DNA of 64,000 nucleotides. It comes from an uncultured bacterium. GTDB taxonomy: Bacteria > Omnitrophota > Omnitrophia > Omnitrophales > Aquincolibacteriaceae. The notes below the pieces were generated by a model. The model saw only the letters and a program-made list of their open reading frames with translations. It had not been told where the DNA came from and searched no databases. Below are positions 9,017-18,686 of this stretch, one piece after another. The stretch spans positions 75,288-139,287 of the forward strand of contig CAYLPP010000003.1 in assembly GCA_964385615.1 (NCBI GenBank). The letters run 5' to 3'. Position 1 is the first letter of the stretch, and every line of letters begins with the position of its first letter. The translations under genes were made by a program, and so were the position numbers.

Positions 9017-9559
9017 TTACTTACCCAGCGTTTTTTGGCCCGGCTTCCAGCCGCAGCCGGTTAATTCGCCTGTCTGCAGGGCCTGCAGAGTGCGGAGAGT
9101 TTCTTCCACATTCCGGCCCACGCTCAGCGCGTTAATTACTGAAGACTGAAGTACCCCATTGGGATCAATCACAAAAGTGCCCCGCAAGGAAATACCCTTT
9201 TCTGGAATCAGAACATTGAAAATCCTGGAAACCTGATGACCGGTATCGGCGAGCATCGGGAAATCAACCTTACCAAGTCCGTGCTCCGTCCAGGCTTTGT
9301 GCGAAAAGACACTGTCCGTGCTGACTGAAATCACTTCAGCCTTGGCGTCTTTAAACGCTTTGTAATGCTCATTAAATGAACGGATCTCAGTAGGGCAAAC
9401 AAAAGTAAAATCCAGCGGGTAAAAGAAAACCACAACCCACTTTCCTTTGTAGTCTGAGAGCTTGATGTCTTTAAAATTTCCATCAGGCATCAGCGCCTGC
9501 CCTGAAAACTCAGGTACCGCTTTCCCGACTTTCGCGATTTCGTGCCCTTCACATGCCAT
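9017..9559 (-). CDS. ahpC: peroxiredoxin, AhpC/TSA 2-Cys family
   Basis: 180 aa; peroxidatic Cys motif FTFVCPTEI, resolving Cys near C-terminus (TGCGWKPG). Confidence 0.9.
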   Translation of the reverse strand: MACEGHEIAKVGKAVPEFSGQALMPDGNFKDIKLSDYKGKWVVVFFYPLDFTFVCPTEIRSFNEHYKAFKDAKAEVISVSTDSVFSHKAWTEHGLGKVDFPMLADTGHQVSRIFNVLIPEKGISLRGTFVIDPNGVLQSSVINALSVGRNVEETLRTLQALQTGELTGCGWKPGQKTLGK

Positions 9560-9664
9560 AACAGCCTCCTGTTAAACGTTTGAGTGATAACGACACTATG
9601 ATGGTCGCACTTGAGAGGCTATTGATAAAGACGATTTTATGTATTACTATCATAGTTAATAACT
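9560..9664. promoter_or_regulatory. divergent oxyR / ahpC-dps promoter region with ATAG/CTAT-type OxyR operator half-sites
   Basis: ACTATCATAGTTAATAACTATG immediately upstream of the oxyR ATG; LysR regulators classically bind such divergent regions. Confidence 0.4.
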
Positions 9665-10579
9665 ATGCAAACCCAGCAACTTCGCTACTTTCTGGCCCTT
9701 TCTGAGGAGCTGAGCTTCATGCGCGCGGCCCGCCGGTGCAGTATTACCCAGCCCACGCTCAGCCAGCAGATCCGCAAACTGGAAGATGAGCTGGGAACCC
9801 CTTTATTCGAACGCTCGCCCCGGCAAATACGCCTAACCGAAGCGGGGCGGAAGTTTCTGCCTCACGCCCGGGCTTCCATGGATTCTCTCCTCCGGGGAAC
9901 CCGCGAAATCCAAAATGAATCGCAGGAAGACTCCGGTACCATTGCGCTCGGCGTCATTCCGACTCTCTGCCCTTACCTGATTCCAGGGGCTGTCGCAGCT
10001 CTGAAGAAATCAGCCCCAAAAATCCGGATTTCTCTTTATGAAGAAACCACTTCGGTACTGGTAGAAAGCGTGCGTTCCGGAAAACTCGACTTAGGTCTGC
10101 TTTCACTGCCGATCGAAGAAAAAGGACTGGCCGCGAAAAATTTAGGCAGTGAGGAATATCTTACCGCGGTTTCAGCCGCTCACCCGCTGGCCAAAGCTTC
10201 ACGAATCGGCCGCCGGGAACTTCAAAAAGAAAAACTCCTAATTCTTCAAGAAGGCCATTGCTTCAGCGATCAGGCGCTTGACTATTGTAAAATCGCGCGC
10301 GAGCATGACCAGGTCATTTTTCAGGGCAGCAGTCTGGCTTCCGTCATGCGTCTGGCAGAGATGGGTGAAGGGCTGACTTTCGTACCGCGCATGGCCGCGG
10401 ATTCCCGGATGTATCCGGGATTAAAATTTATCCCGATGTCCCCTCCCGCGCGCCGGGATATCGGCATGGTCTGGCGGATTTCAGCACCCTTTTTAAAAAC
10501 TCACCGTACTTTACTCGACGCCATCGAACACGAACTTCAGAAAACTTCCGGATTCAGCTCAAAGGCTCCAGGTAGGTAA
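9665..10579 (+). CDS. oxyR: LysR-family hydrogen-peroxide-sensing regulator OxyR
   Basis: 304 aa; LysR HTH (LRYFLALSEELSFMRAARRCSITQPTLSQQIRKLE); redox Cys pair in OxyR-like context LLILQEGHCFSDQALDYC (C-x8-C as in E. coli OxyR C199/C208); divergent from ahpC-dps. Confidence 0.85.
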   Translation: MQTQQLRYFLALSEELSFMRAARRCSITQPTLSQQIRKLEDELGTPLFERSPRQIRLTEAGRKFLPHARASMDSLLRGTREIQNESQEDSGTIALGVIPTLCPYLIPGAVAALKKSAPKIRISLYEETTSVLVESVRSGKLDLGLLSLPIEEKGLAAKNLGSEEYLTAVSAAHPLAKASRIGRRELQKEKLLILQEGHCFSDQALDYCKIAREHDQVIFQGSSLASVMRLAEMGEGLTFVPRMAADSRMYPGLKFIPMSPPARRDIGMVWRISAPFLKTHRTLLDAIEHELQKTSGFSSKAPGR

Positions 10580-12359
10580 TTTCCGCGCCCGGAGACAAAT
10601 CCCGGCCGGGAATCAGAAATGAAATCTCATTGCCCATTTTGACAAAAAGCGGGAAAGAAGTTGATTTTCTTGTCGCAAAATTGGAATCAACCTTGAAGGC
10701 CGTCTCAACTTTACGGACGACAGTGCGGAAACGTTCCGTTTCGACCAGATTCCAGGCATCGTCCCCGTCCTCAGGTTCCGGAGGAATGAAACCGGCAAGA
10801 GGCGTTCCCCAGGACTCATCATAGGAAGCCGCGCTAACCGCGTCCCAGCTGTCGGCTTTATCCCAAACGCGGAAAACCTTATTCCTTCCGAGAAATTTGC
10901 TGATCGCTTGGCAGGAAAGAACGTTAACTTCATGGTTCGGAGTCAAAGCCACCATCCGCCCGATCCCTTTTAGGTCCAGAGATTCGATATAGTCACGCTC
11001 AAAACCGCTTCCGTTGAATGCCTGAAAACCTTTTTCGCGGGCATCGTGACAGAAATACGGGTTGGTATCCAAAAACGTGACGCGAACCCCGGTCTTGCGC
11101 AGTTCCTCACCGAAAGCCAGGCCGAAAGGATTGGCGCCCAGAATCAGAAAACCATCCGCTTTTTCTTCGTGGACTTTGAGAATCCACGCGATCAACCCCG
11201 AAAAAACCGAGTAAAAAACAATGGTGCCCGTAATAACATGAAACGCGAGAGGAAGAAACATTCCTTGATGGCTGGCGGATTTCTCCTCAAAAGCCAGCGC
11301 GAATAGCGAGGCAAGTGAAGCGGATACGATTCCGCGCGGAGCCAGAAAACTGAGGAATAATTTTTCCCGGAAGGAAAGCTTGGAACTTCCCAAATTGCTG
11401 ATGAAGACTGAAAGCGGACGGATCATAAAGATAAGCAAAAAGATAACGATACTTCCCTGGACAAAGACCGCGCGGATTTTAAAAATCGGAACATTGGCTG
11501 ACAGCAGAATAAACAGGCAGGAAAGCGCCAGCAGTGTTATTTGTTTTTTGAAAGCCAGTACCTGCTCATGCCCGGTAAATTTCGAATTACCGACATAGAC
11601 CCCAGCCACAGTTGAAACAACAAGCCCGGATTCAGGAAGAATCCACTCGGCGATTCCATAGAAGAAAAGATTGATCGCCATCACAAAAAGCCCGCCCAAT
11701 TCCTCGCTCTCGAAACGCAAAAGCCGGCTGTGACTCAGGCAGACACTGACCAGCCACCCGGCAGCCAGACCCAGAATGCTTCCCAAAGCGATTCGCGCCC
11801 CGAAAAGCCCAATACCTTCCAGCGCATTCATATGGCCGGAAAGTAAAAACTCGAAAAGCACGATGGCGATGACAACCCCAAGCGGGTCAATGAGGATGGC
11901 CTCAAACTTCAGGATGTTGTGAAGATTTTCCCGCACTCTGACGCGCTGAAGAATCGGCAGAATCACCGTAGGCCCGGTAACGATCATAATGGATCCAAAA
12001 AGGATCGACTTAACCCAGCTGAATCCGACCACCAGGCGGACCGTCAGCGTCACGAGCACCAGCGTCACTAACACTCCGATCGTCAAAAGACGCCGGAGAG
12101 GCCCCGAAATTTCATGGTACTGGGAAAATTTCAGAGAAGCGCCGCCCTCAAAGAGAATGAGGGCCACGAGGATGGAAATATAAACGGGAAGCTGGGAACT
12201 GAAAATCTCAGGCTGAACCAGACCCGCGAACTGGGGCCCCAGCAGAATTCCAAAGAGGAGCAAAAAGAGAATACTCGGAACCCGGGTCTTACTTCCCAGC
12301 ACAAGGCCGAAAATACCCGCGGCAAGCGTGAAAACAATGGTGCCGAGCGGCTGATCCAT
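10554..12359 (-). CDS. CPA1/NhaP-type monovalent cation:H+ antiporter with C-terminal TrkA-N (RCK) domain
   Basis: 601 aa; Na+/H+ exchanger TM core, then a Rossmann-like segment LILGANPFGLAFGEELRKTGVRVTFLD; 26-nt convergent overlap with oxyR. Confidence 0.8.
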   Translation of the reverse strand: MDQPLGTIVFTLAAGIFGLVLGSKTRVPSILFLLLFGILLGPQFAGLVQPEIFSSQLPVYISILVALILFEGGASLKFSQYHEISGPLRRLLTIGVLVTLVLVTLTVRLVVGFSWVKSILFGSIMIVTGPTVILPILQRVRVRENLHNILKFEAILIDPLGVVIAIVLFEFLLSGHMNALEGIGLFGARIALGSILGLAAGWLVSVCLSHSRLLRFESEELGGLFVMAINLFFYGIAEWILPESGLVVSTVAGVYVGNSKFTGHEQVLAFKKQITLLALSCLFILLSANVPIFKIRAVFVQGSIVIFLLIFMIRPLSVFISNLGSSKLSFREKLFLSFLAPRGIVSASLASLFALAFEEKSASHQGMFLPLAFHVITGTIVFYSVFSGLIAWILKVHEEKADGFLILGANPFGLAFGEELRKTGVRVTFLDTNPYFCHDAREKGFQAFNGSGFERDYIESLDLKGIGRMVALTPNHEVNVLSCQAISKFLGRNKVFRVWDKADSWDAVSAASYDESWGTPLAGFIPPEPEDGDDAWNLVETERFRTVVRKVETAFKVDSNFATRKSTSFPLFVKMGNEISFLIPGRDLSPGAEITYLEPLS

Positions 12360-12368
12360 AAGAAATCC

Positions 12369-13997
12369 TCAGTTTTTCTTTTTAAGCTGAAACCAGTAAA
12401 AGGCGTGCGGACCGGGCGTTAAAAAATACGGCAGTTGTCCTATCGCCGGAAAAACCGTCGCGCCGAGAAGCTCCGTAGGAATATAACCGTCAAACTCCTT
12501 TAAATCCAGTTCCGCCGGCTGAGGAAACCGGGACAGATTATTGACGATCAAAAGAATTTCATTTTCGTACCGCCTGACGTAAGCCAGAACTTTATGATTG
12601 GCGCAATCAAGGAACTCCATGCTTCCCCGCCCAAAGGCCTTATAAGCTTTCCGTACCTGGATCATCCTCCGGTTCCAATTTAAAAAAGAAGTGGAATAAG
12701 ATTTCTGGGCGGCCACATTTACCGCCTGATAACCGTAAACCGGATCCGTGATTGCCGGTAAATAAAGCTGTTCGGGCTCCGCCGCGGAAAAACCTCCGTT
12801 GCGGTCGCCATTCCATTGCATGGGCGTCCGCACGCCGTCGCGGTCACTGAGCGCGATATTGTCCCCCATACCAATTTCATCTCCATAATAAATCACCGGC
12901 GTTCCGGGGAGACTGAAAAGCAGGCCTGTCAGCAGCTCTCTTTGACGCCAGCCGTTATCCACCAGAGGCGCGAGCCGGTGGATAATTCCGAGATTCCGCC
13001 GCGCCTTATGATCGGCCGTATATTCCTTCCACATATAGTCGCGGTCTTCTGTCGTCACCATCTCAAGGGTCAATTCATCATGATTACGCAGAAAAAGCGC
13101 CCACTGGCAATTCGCCGGAATAGGTGGAGTAATTTGGAGAATGTGTTCAATCGGTGTCCGGTCTTCTTTACGGATCGCCATAAAAATACGCGGCATCAAC
13201 GGAAAATGAAATGCCATATGGCATTGATCGCCATCCCCGAAATAAGGACGCACGTCTTCCGGCCACTGGTTGGCTTCCGCCAGGAAAACCCGGCCGGGGT
13301 ATTCCTCATCCACAATCTTCCGCAGCTCTTTCAAGTATTCATGGGTTTCCGGAAGATTAGAGCAATCCGTTCCCTCTTTTTCAAAGAGATAAGGAATCGC
13401 ATCAAGGCGGAAACCATCGACCCCCTTTTTAAGCCAGAAACGCAGAACTTCTTTCATAGATTCACGGACTTCAGGGTTCTCGTAATTCAGGTCGGGCTGA
13501 TGGCTGAAAAACCGGTGCCAGTAGTATTGGCCCGCCGCCGGGTCCCAAGTCCAATTTGATTTTTCGTAATCCGAAAAAATAATACGGACATCTTTATATT
13601 TATCCGGCGTGTCACTCCAGACATAATAATTTCTTTTAGGGGAATTTCGGTCTTTGCGGGCTTCCAGAAACCAGGGATGCTGATCTGAAGTGTGATTGAG
13701 CACAAGCTCAATCAGGACTTTCATATTCCGCTTGTGGGCTTCCCGGATAAACTCTTCAAAATCCTCTATCGTTCCGCGGTTGGGCAGAATGGCCGTATAA
13801 TCAGAAACATCATATCCGTCATCTTTCAGCGGAGATTGAAAAAAAGGCAGGAGCCAGAGGCAGTTAACGCCCAAGTATTCGAGATAATCCAGCTTACTGA
13901 TTAAGCCCTTAAAATCGCCGACTCCGTCCGCGTTAGAGTCACAAAAAGCACGGACTGCCACTTCATAAATAACCGCGTCTTTGTACCAGTCGTCCAC
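12369..13997 (-). CDS. treS: GH13 alpha-amylase-family enzyme, trehalose synthase (maltose alpha-D-glucosyltransferase)-like
   Basis: 542 aa; WYKDAVIYEV start, GFRLDAIPYL (region II), AEANQWPED, FLRNHDELTLEMVTTEDRDYMW motifs typical of TreS; adjacent otsB/otsA. Confidence 0.7.
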   Translation of the reverse strand: MDDWYKDAVIYEVAVRAFCDSNADGVGDFKGLISKLDYLEYLGVNCLWLLPFFQSPLKDDGYDVSDYTAILPNRGTIEDFEEFIREAHKRNMKVLIELVLNHTSDQHPWFLEARKDRNSPKRNYYVWSDTPDKYKDVRIIFSDYEKSNWTWDPAAGQYYWHRFFSHQPDLNYENPEVRESMKEVLRFWLKKGVDGFRLDAIPYLFEKEGTDCSNLPETHEYLKELRKIVDEEYPGRVFLAEANQWPEDVRPYFGDGDQCHMAFHFPLMPRIFMAIRKEDRTPIEHILQITPPIPANCQWALFLRNHDELTLEMVTTEDRDYMWKEYTADHKARRNLGIIHRLAPLVDNGWRQRELLTGLLFSLPGTPVIYYGDEIGMGDNIALSDRDGVRTPMQWNGDRNGGFSAAEPEQLYLPAITDPVYGYQAVNVAAQKSYSTSFLNWNRRMIQVRKAYKAFGRGSMEFLDCANHKVLAYVRRYENEILLIVNNLSRFPQPAELDLKEFDGYIPTELLGATVFPAIGQLPYFLTPGPHAFYWFQLKKKN

Positions 13998-14004
13998 ATT
14001 CGCC

Positions 14005-14820
14005 TCAGTTTTTTCTTTCAGAAGATTTTAGATGGGACAGTCTCTTTAGAAAAGAAAAAACTTCGGCCGGGGAATATAAAAAATAAGCCGCCTCAGTCGG
14101 TTTTTCAGGCTCATCAGTCACCCGGATCCCCATCCCCCGGTGTCTGAGCGCCTTGAAAGCGTCTTCATCCGTCATGTCGTCGCCGATAAAAACCGGCAGA
14201 ACCCGCTCCTTGGATTTTGCCAGAAGCCGCGCGAAAAGCCATAAAACCGTCCGGCCTTTATTCCATTCGATAGGCGGGCGGATTTCCCAGACTTTTTTGC
14301 CCTCAGTCAAAACAACTTGCGATTTCCCCAGATACCCGCCGATTTCTCTAAAAAGAAGCAGTTTCGCGTAATCAACTTTTTGAGGATCCGCCATACGGTA
14401 ATGAATGCTGAGGGTGAATTTTTTATTCTCAACCAGAATCCCCGGAATAGGCTTAAACACAAGCTCGAGAGATTTCGCGATTTTTTTAAGCAGGTCCTTA
14501 AAAGAATCCGCGGAAGGATGCACATGAGATATTTTAGGGCCGTCAATTTCAAACCCGTGATTCCCCGCATAAACCAATCCGGGAATCCGGACCCGGTTTT
14601 TCAGGTCAGGTAAAGAGCGCCCGCTGACGACACAGACCGTAACATCGCTGCTGCGGGATAAATCAGAAAGGACTTTTCGCGCGCGGGGCGGCAGTCTTGC
14701 CAGTTCCGGCCTCTGAACAATCGGTGTCAGGGTGCCGTCAAAATCCAGAAAAAGCAGAATCTTCCGGGCCTTAAAAACCGGAGAAACCTCATTCCACTGC
14801 TCAAAGAGATGCTTCAGCAT
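14005..14820 (-). CDS. otsB: trehalose-6-phosphate phosphatase (HAD superfamily)
   Basis: 271 aa; LFLDFDGTLTPIV HAD motif I, trehalose-phosphatase-like C-terminal motifs (GDDMTDEDAF). Confidence 0.85.
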   Translation of the reverse strand: MLKHLFEQWNEVSPVFKARKILLFLDFDGTLTPIVQRPELARLPPRARKVLSDLSRSSDVTVCVVSGRSLPDLKNRVRIPGLVYAGNHGFEIDGPKISHVHPSADSFKDLLKKIAKSLELVFKPIPGILVENKKFTLSIHYRMADPQKVDYAKLLLFREIGGYLGKSQVVLTEGKKVWEIRPPIEWNKGRTVLWLFARLLAKSKERVLPVFIGDDMTDEDAFKALRHRGMGIRVTDEPEKPTEAAYFLYSPAEVFSFLKRLSHLKSSERKN

Positions 14821-16301
14821 CAGGACTCCTGAAAGTCGAATTTCAGGAGTTGCGACATCACCTTACCGGCCCAGCGGAAAATATTCTGCTGGCGGACCGT
14901 ATCTCTCATTTTCGCCATACGCTTCTTCTGCTCTTCCTCAGGCATTTCCAAAGCCTGAAGAATGGAATCCGCGAAAGACTCCGTATCAAAAGGATTAATC
15001 GAAAGAGCATCATCCAGCTCCCGGGAAGCCCCGGTGAAACAGGAAAGCAGGAGTACCCCTTTAAGGTCAGCCCGCGCGGAAACAAATTCCTTGGCGACCA
15101 GATTCATCCCGTCATGAAGAGAACTGACAATACAGCAGTCCGCGGCACGAAGCAGGGCTAAAATCTCAGGGTAAGTCATCGCCGTACGGCTGAAAACAAT
15201 CGGTGTCCATGCTCCTTCAGAATGCTTCCAGTTAATTTCTTCCACCAAGGCGTTGATTTCATCATTCAGCTGTTTGTACCGGGGCACATGAATCCGGCTG
15301 ATCTGCCCAACCTGAAAGAAAACCATTTTCTGCCGGTAGTTCGGATGCTTTTCCAGAAAGCGGTCAATCGCTCTAAGCCTTTCCGGAATTCCCTTGGTGT
15401 AGTCAATACGGTCGACTCCTACCAGCAGTTTCTTCCCCTGAATATCCACGTCTGAAAGAACTTCGGCGATCCGCGCGTCGGCTTCACCGTTCTGAACTTG
15501 TGAAGAAACAGCTTCATAGTCGACGGAGATTGGAAAAGCCCGAACCAGAGTTTCGTGGCTCTGGTATTGAACCGCGATCTTTTCCCGGTCAATACGGCTC
15601 TCAATTTCCCGGTCCACGCAAGCCAGAAAATTATCGCAATGATACCGGATCTGAAACCCCACAAGGTCATAAGCCAAAAGGGCCTCAAGAATTTCTTTTT
15701 TCTGCGGACAAATGCGGAAAACTTCGGGATTGGGCCAGGGAATATGCCAAAAAATGGACGTAATGATATTGGAGGCGCCGGCTTCTTTCAGATATTTCGC
15801 GACAAGAACCAGATGGAAATCGTGAACCCAAACAAACGCTTTACGATCCCCAATTTCTTCAAGGATCGCCGCCGCAAATTTTCGGTTGGCACTTTCATAA
15901 GCCTTCCAGTCGGAATCAAGAAACATGGGCCGCGTGTAGGCAATGTGACAAAGAGGCCATAAACCTTCGTTGCAGTAGCCGAAATAATATTGATCCCATT
16001 CAGATTTGGGAAAGAAAATCCGGCGAAGTGCATAGGAGGGATTTTCCTGAGGAACCATAACCTTAAAGCCGGCATCAACATTTTTCCGGTCATGTTCGCT
16101 CGTACCCGCCGCTACCCAAGTTCCCTGCGCGGCCTGCATCACGGGGTTGAGGGCGGTAACAAGCCCGCCAGGCTCACGCTGGCACACAACTTTACCACCT
16201 TTCACTTTATGACTGAAAGGCTGACGGTTGGAAGCAATCACGAGGTGATAGCCTTCCATCTTACTGTGAATCGTTTCTTTAAGATGCTCTTTATTCCACA
16301 T
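14820..16301 (-). CDS. otsA: alpha,alpha-trehalose-phosphate synthase (GT20)
   Basis: 493 aa; LVIASNRQPF...GGLVTAL, HDFHLVL, GT20 signatures; stop/start overlap with otsB (ATGA-type). Confidence 0.9.
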   Translation of the reverse strand: MWNKEHLKETIHSKMEGYHLVIASNRQPFSHKVKGGKVVCQREPGGLVTALNPVMQAAQGTWVAAGTSEHDRKNVDAGFKVMVPQENPSYALRRIFFPKSEWDQYYFGYCNEGLWPLCHIAYTRPMFLDSDWKAYESANRKFAAAILEEIGDRKAFVWVHDFHLVLVAKYLKEAGASNIITSIFWHIPWPNPEVFRICPQKKEILEALLAYDLVGFQIRYHCDNFLACVDREIESRIDREKIAVQYQSHETLVRAFPISVDYEAVSSQVQNGEADARIAEVLSDVDIQGKKLLVGVDRIDYTKGIPERLRAIDRFLEKHPNYRQKMVFFQVGQISRIHVPRYKQLNDEINALVEEINWKHSEGAWTPIVFSRTAMTYPEILALLRAADCCIVSSLHDGMNLVAKEFVSARADLKGVLLLSCFTGASRELDDALSINPFDTESFADSILQALEMPEEEQKKRMAKMRDTVRQQNIFRWAGKVMSQLLKFDFQES

Positions 16302-16359
16302 AAGGGACTATAAAGGTTTTAACTGCATGAAAGACAGTTGTCAACCTTGAATTGGCTTT

Positions 16360-17034
16360 TCAGTCGTTCGGGTGAGGTTTTGTTTTGCGGATGGAAAGTT
16401 GCTCGTGCTGATTCTTGAGACAGGCTTCACAAATTCCGTGCGTAAAAGTTAATTCGGAGTGACTCATGAGGTAAGCCTCCATCTGATGCCAGAGGCCTTT
16501 AACATCCCGGATTTTTTTGCAGTAAGCGCATATCGGAAGAAATCCCCGTAAAACCTTAATTTCCGTCAGAGCTTTCTCAAGTTTTTCGTTCTGAACCGTC
16601 AGATCTTTTTCCCTGAGTTTGCGATCATCCATTTCCTTTTTTAATTTTAAAGCCGACCCGACCCGCGCCAAAAGCTCAATTTTTCGGACAGGCTTAACAA
16701 TATAATCCATAGCGCCCGCGTTAAACGCTTCCTCAAAGCACTCAAGATCCGTGCGCGCCGTTACCATCAAAACCGGAATATCTTTTAAAGCTTCGTCGGA
16801 TTTGACCCTTCGGCATGCTTCTGTCCCGCTGATATCCGGCATCATGACGTCCATCAAAATTAGATCAACGCGGGTTTCAGGAGTACCGGATTTATGGGCC
16901 GCTAAAATCTCGAAAGCCTGAGCCGCGTGTCCGGCTTTAAAGAGCCTCGTAAACCCCGCTTTTCGTAAAATAGCCTCAAGCAGCTGAATATTGTCTTCAT
17001 AGTCATCAACAATCAAAATTCCCATGTCGTTCAT
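16360..17034 (-). CDS. response regulator: receiver + coiled-coil + C-terminal C-x2-C...C-x2-C (Cys4) domain
   Basis: 224 aa; ILIVDDYEDN...LILMDVMMPDISG receiver; C-terminal FLPICAYCKKIRDVKGLWHQMEAYLMSHSELTFTHGICEACLKN. Confidence 0.8.
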   Translation of the reverse strand: MNDMGILIVDDYEDNIQLLEAILRKAGFTRLFKAGHAAQAFEILAAHKSGTPETRVDLILMDVMMPDISGTEACRRVKSDEALKDIPVLMVTARTDLECFEEAFNAGAMDYIVKPVRKIELLARVGSALKLKKEMDDRKLREKDLTVQNEKLEKALTEIKVLRGFLPICAYCKKIRDVKGLWHQMEAYLMSHSELTFTHGICEACLKNQHEQLSIRKTKPHPND

Positions 17035-17036
17035 AA

Positions 17037-18686
17037 CTATCCCGCTTTTCGTTGAGAAAAAGACACCGCTTTATTCTGAACCGGCAGTTCCAGAATAAAA
17101 ACCGCTCCTCGCCCCATATTCCGCTCGGCGTAAAGCACACCTTCATGTTCTTTAACGATGCCGTAAGAAAGACTGAGTCCCAAACCTGTACCTTGCCCAA
17201 TGTCCTTAGTCGTAAAAAAGGGATCAAAAATTCGGGGATAAGCATCGGCCGGAATCCCAGGACCGTTATCACAAATTTTAAGACAAACCTTATAAGCCTG
17301 TTCATCACTTTGAATTTCAATACGGCGTTTCCCCTTCACACTCTCAAGCGCTTGAAACGCGTTAGTCAGCAGATTGCTTAAAACCTGACGGATCTGACAA
17401 GCGTCCAAATCCAGTATCAGTGAATGATCGGGCCGGGTCCAAATAATTTCAACTTCGCGTTTTTTAAATTCAAGGTCGAGGGCTTTTAAAGTTTTATCGA
17501 CAAGGTCATATAGATCGCAAGATTCCCGGACTATTTTCTTTTGCCGGGAAAAATAAAGAAGGTCTTTGACAATCCGGCTGCACCGAACCGCCTGTTCATT
17601 GATGATTGTCAGACTGCGCTTCATATCCTCCGGCGTTTCCGCCTGAACCGCCAACTGGGAATATCCAATAACAGAAGTCAGAGGATTATTTAACTCGTGG
17701 GCAACCCCCGCGACCAAACGCCCTACGGACGCCAGTTTTTCAGCCTGCAGAAGGCGGTCCTGGGTTTCCTGAAGCTCCTGCATTTGAATTTCTAAGCGCT
17801 CAAAGAGCTTGGCGTTTGAAATAGCGAGAGAAGAAATGGAAGCGAAAATAGCAGCGGCCTGAAGATCAGACTGCGTAAAATTCTCCCGGTTTCGGGTACG
17901 GCTTAAATTTAAAACCCCAAGCAGATCTCCGCTCACACTGACCAAAGGACAGATCATGGAAGACGCGATATCCGATTTTTTCTTTAAATCCTTGAATTCC
18001 GGATACCTGTCGAGACCATTAATCAGCAGGATTTCTTTTTTCGTCTGCGCCACTTTTCCGGCAACCCTTTCTCCGATTTCGAGCTGAGTTTCCTGAGCGA
18101 CTTTTTCAGAAATGCCGTGAGACGCCATGATCGCAAGCTTGCCCTTCTCGTTAACCAGCATCAGCGAGCCCGCGTCAGCCTCAAACATTCGAATCAGCAC
18201 CTCGATGATCATCACGGTCAAATCGGAAATATGCACTGCCGACATGATCTGCTTGGCGGACTCGTAAATGGCCAATATCCCTTTCAGACTTTTCTTTTCG
18301 AGAGCTTTTGAGATCAACTCTCTAATCTCATCCAAACTGAAAGGTTTTAGAACAAAATCATACGCACCTTTTTTCATGGCCGTCACTGCATCTTCAATCG
18401 TGCCATGCCCGGTCATCACGATCACTTCAAGAGTTGGATCGATCACCTTGATCTTTTCAAGCAATACCAGCCCGTCCATATTCGGCATCCGCATATCGGT
18501 TAAAACCAGGTGGCATTTTTTCGCGCTCAAAACCTCTAAAGCTTCCTGCCCGTTGCGGGCAAGAAAAACCTGATACCCCATGGACTTCAATTCTTGGTCC
18601 AGCAGGTCCCTCATCCCGTCTTCATCATCGACCACCAAAATTCTAGAGTCTCGATCAAGCGGCGTCATGTTTTCTCCCTTTTCCAA
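17037..18686 (-). CDS. hybrid sensor kinase: N-terminal receiver - GAF - HisKA - HATPase_c (soluble)
   Basis: 549 aa; RILVVDDEDGMRDLL...LVLTDMRMPNMDG receiver; GAF-like middle; H-box HELNNPLTSVIGYSQL; DNGPGIP, GTGLGLSL ATPase boxes; no TM. Confidence 0.85.
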   Translation of the reverse strand: MEKGENMTPLDRDSRILVVDDEDGMRDLLDQELKSMGYQVFLARNGQEALEVLSAKKCHLVLTDMRMPNMDGLVLLEKIKVIDPTLEVIVMTGHGTIEDAVTAMKKGAYDFVLKPFSLDEIRELISKALEKKSLKGILAIYESAKQIMSAVHISDLTVMIIEVLIRMFEADAGSLMLVNEKGKLAIMASHGISEKVAQETQLEIGERVAGKVAQTKKEILLINGLDRYPEFKDLKKKSDIASSMICPLVSVSGDLLGVLNLSRTRNRENFTQSDLQAAAIFASISSLAISNAKLFERLEIQMQELQETQDRLLQAEKLASVGRLVAGVAHELNNPLTSVIGYSQLAVQAETPEDMKRSLTIINEQAVRCSRIVKDLLYFSRQKKIVRESCDLYDLVDKTLKALDLEFKKREVEIIWTRPDHSLILDLDACQIRQVLSNLLTNAFQALESVKGKRRIEIQSDEQAYKVCLKICDNGPGIPADAYPRIFDPFFTTKDIGQGTGLGLSLSYGIVKEHEGVLYAERNMGRGAVFILELPVQNKAVSFSQRKAG

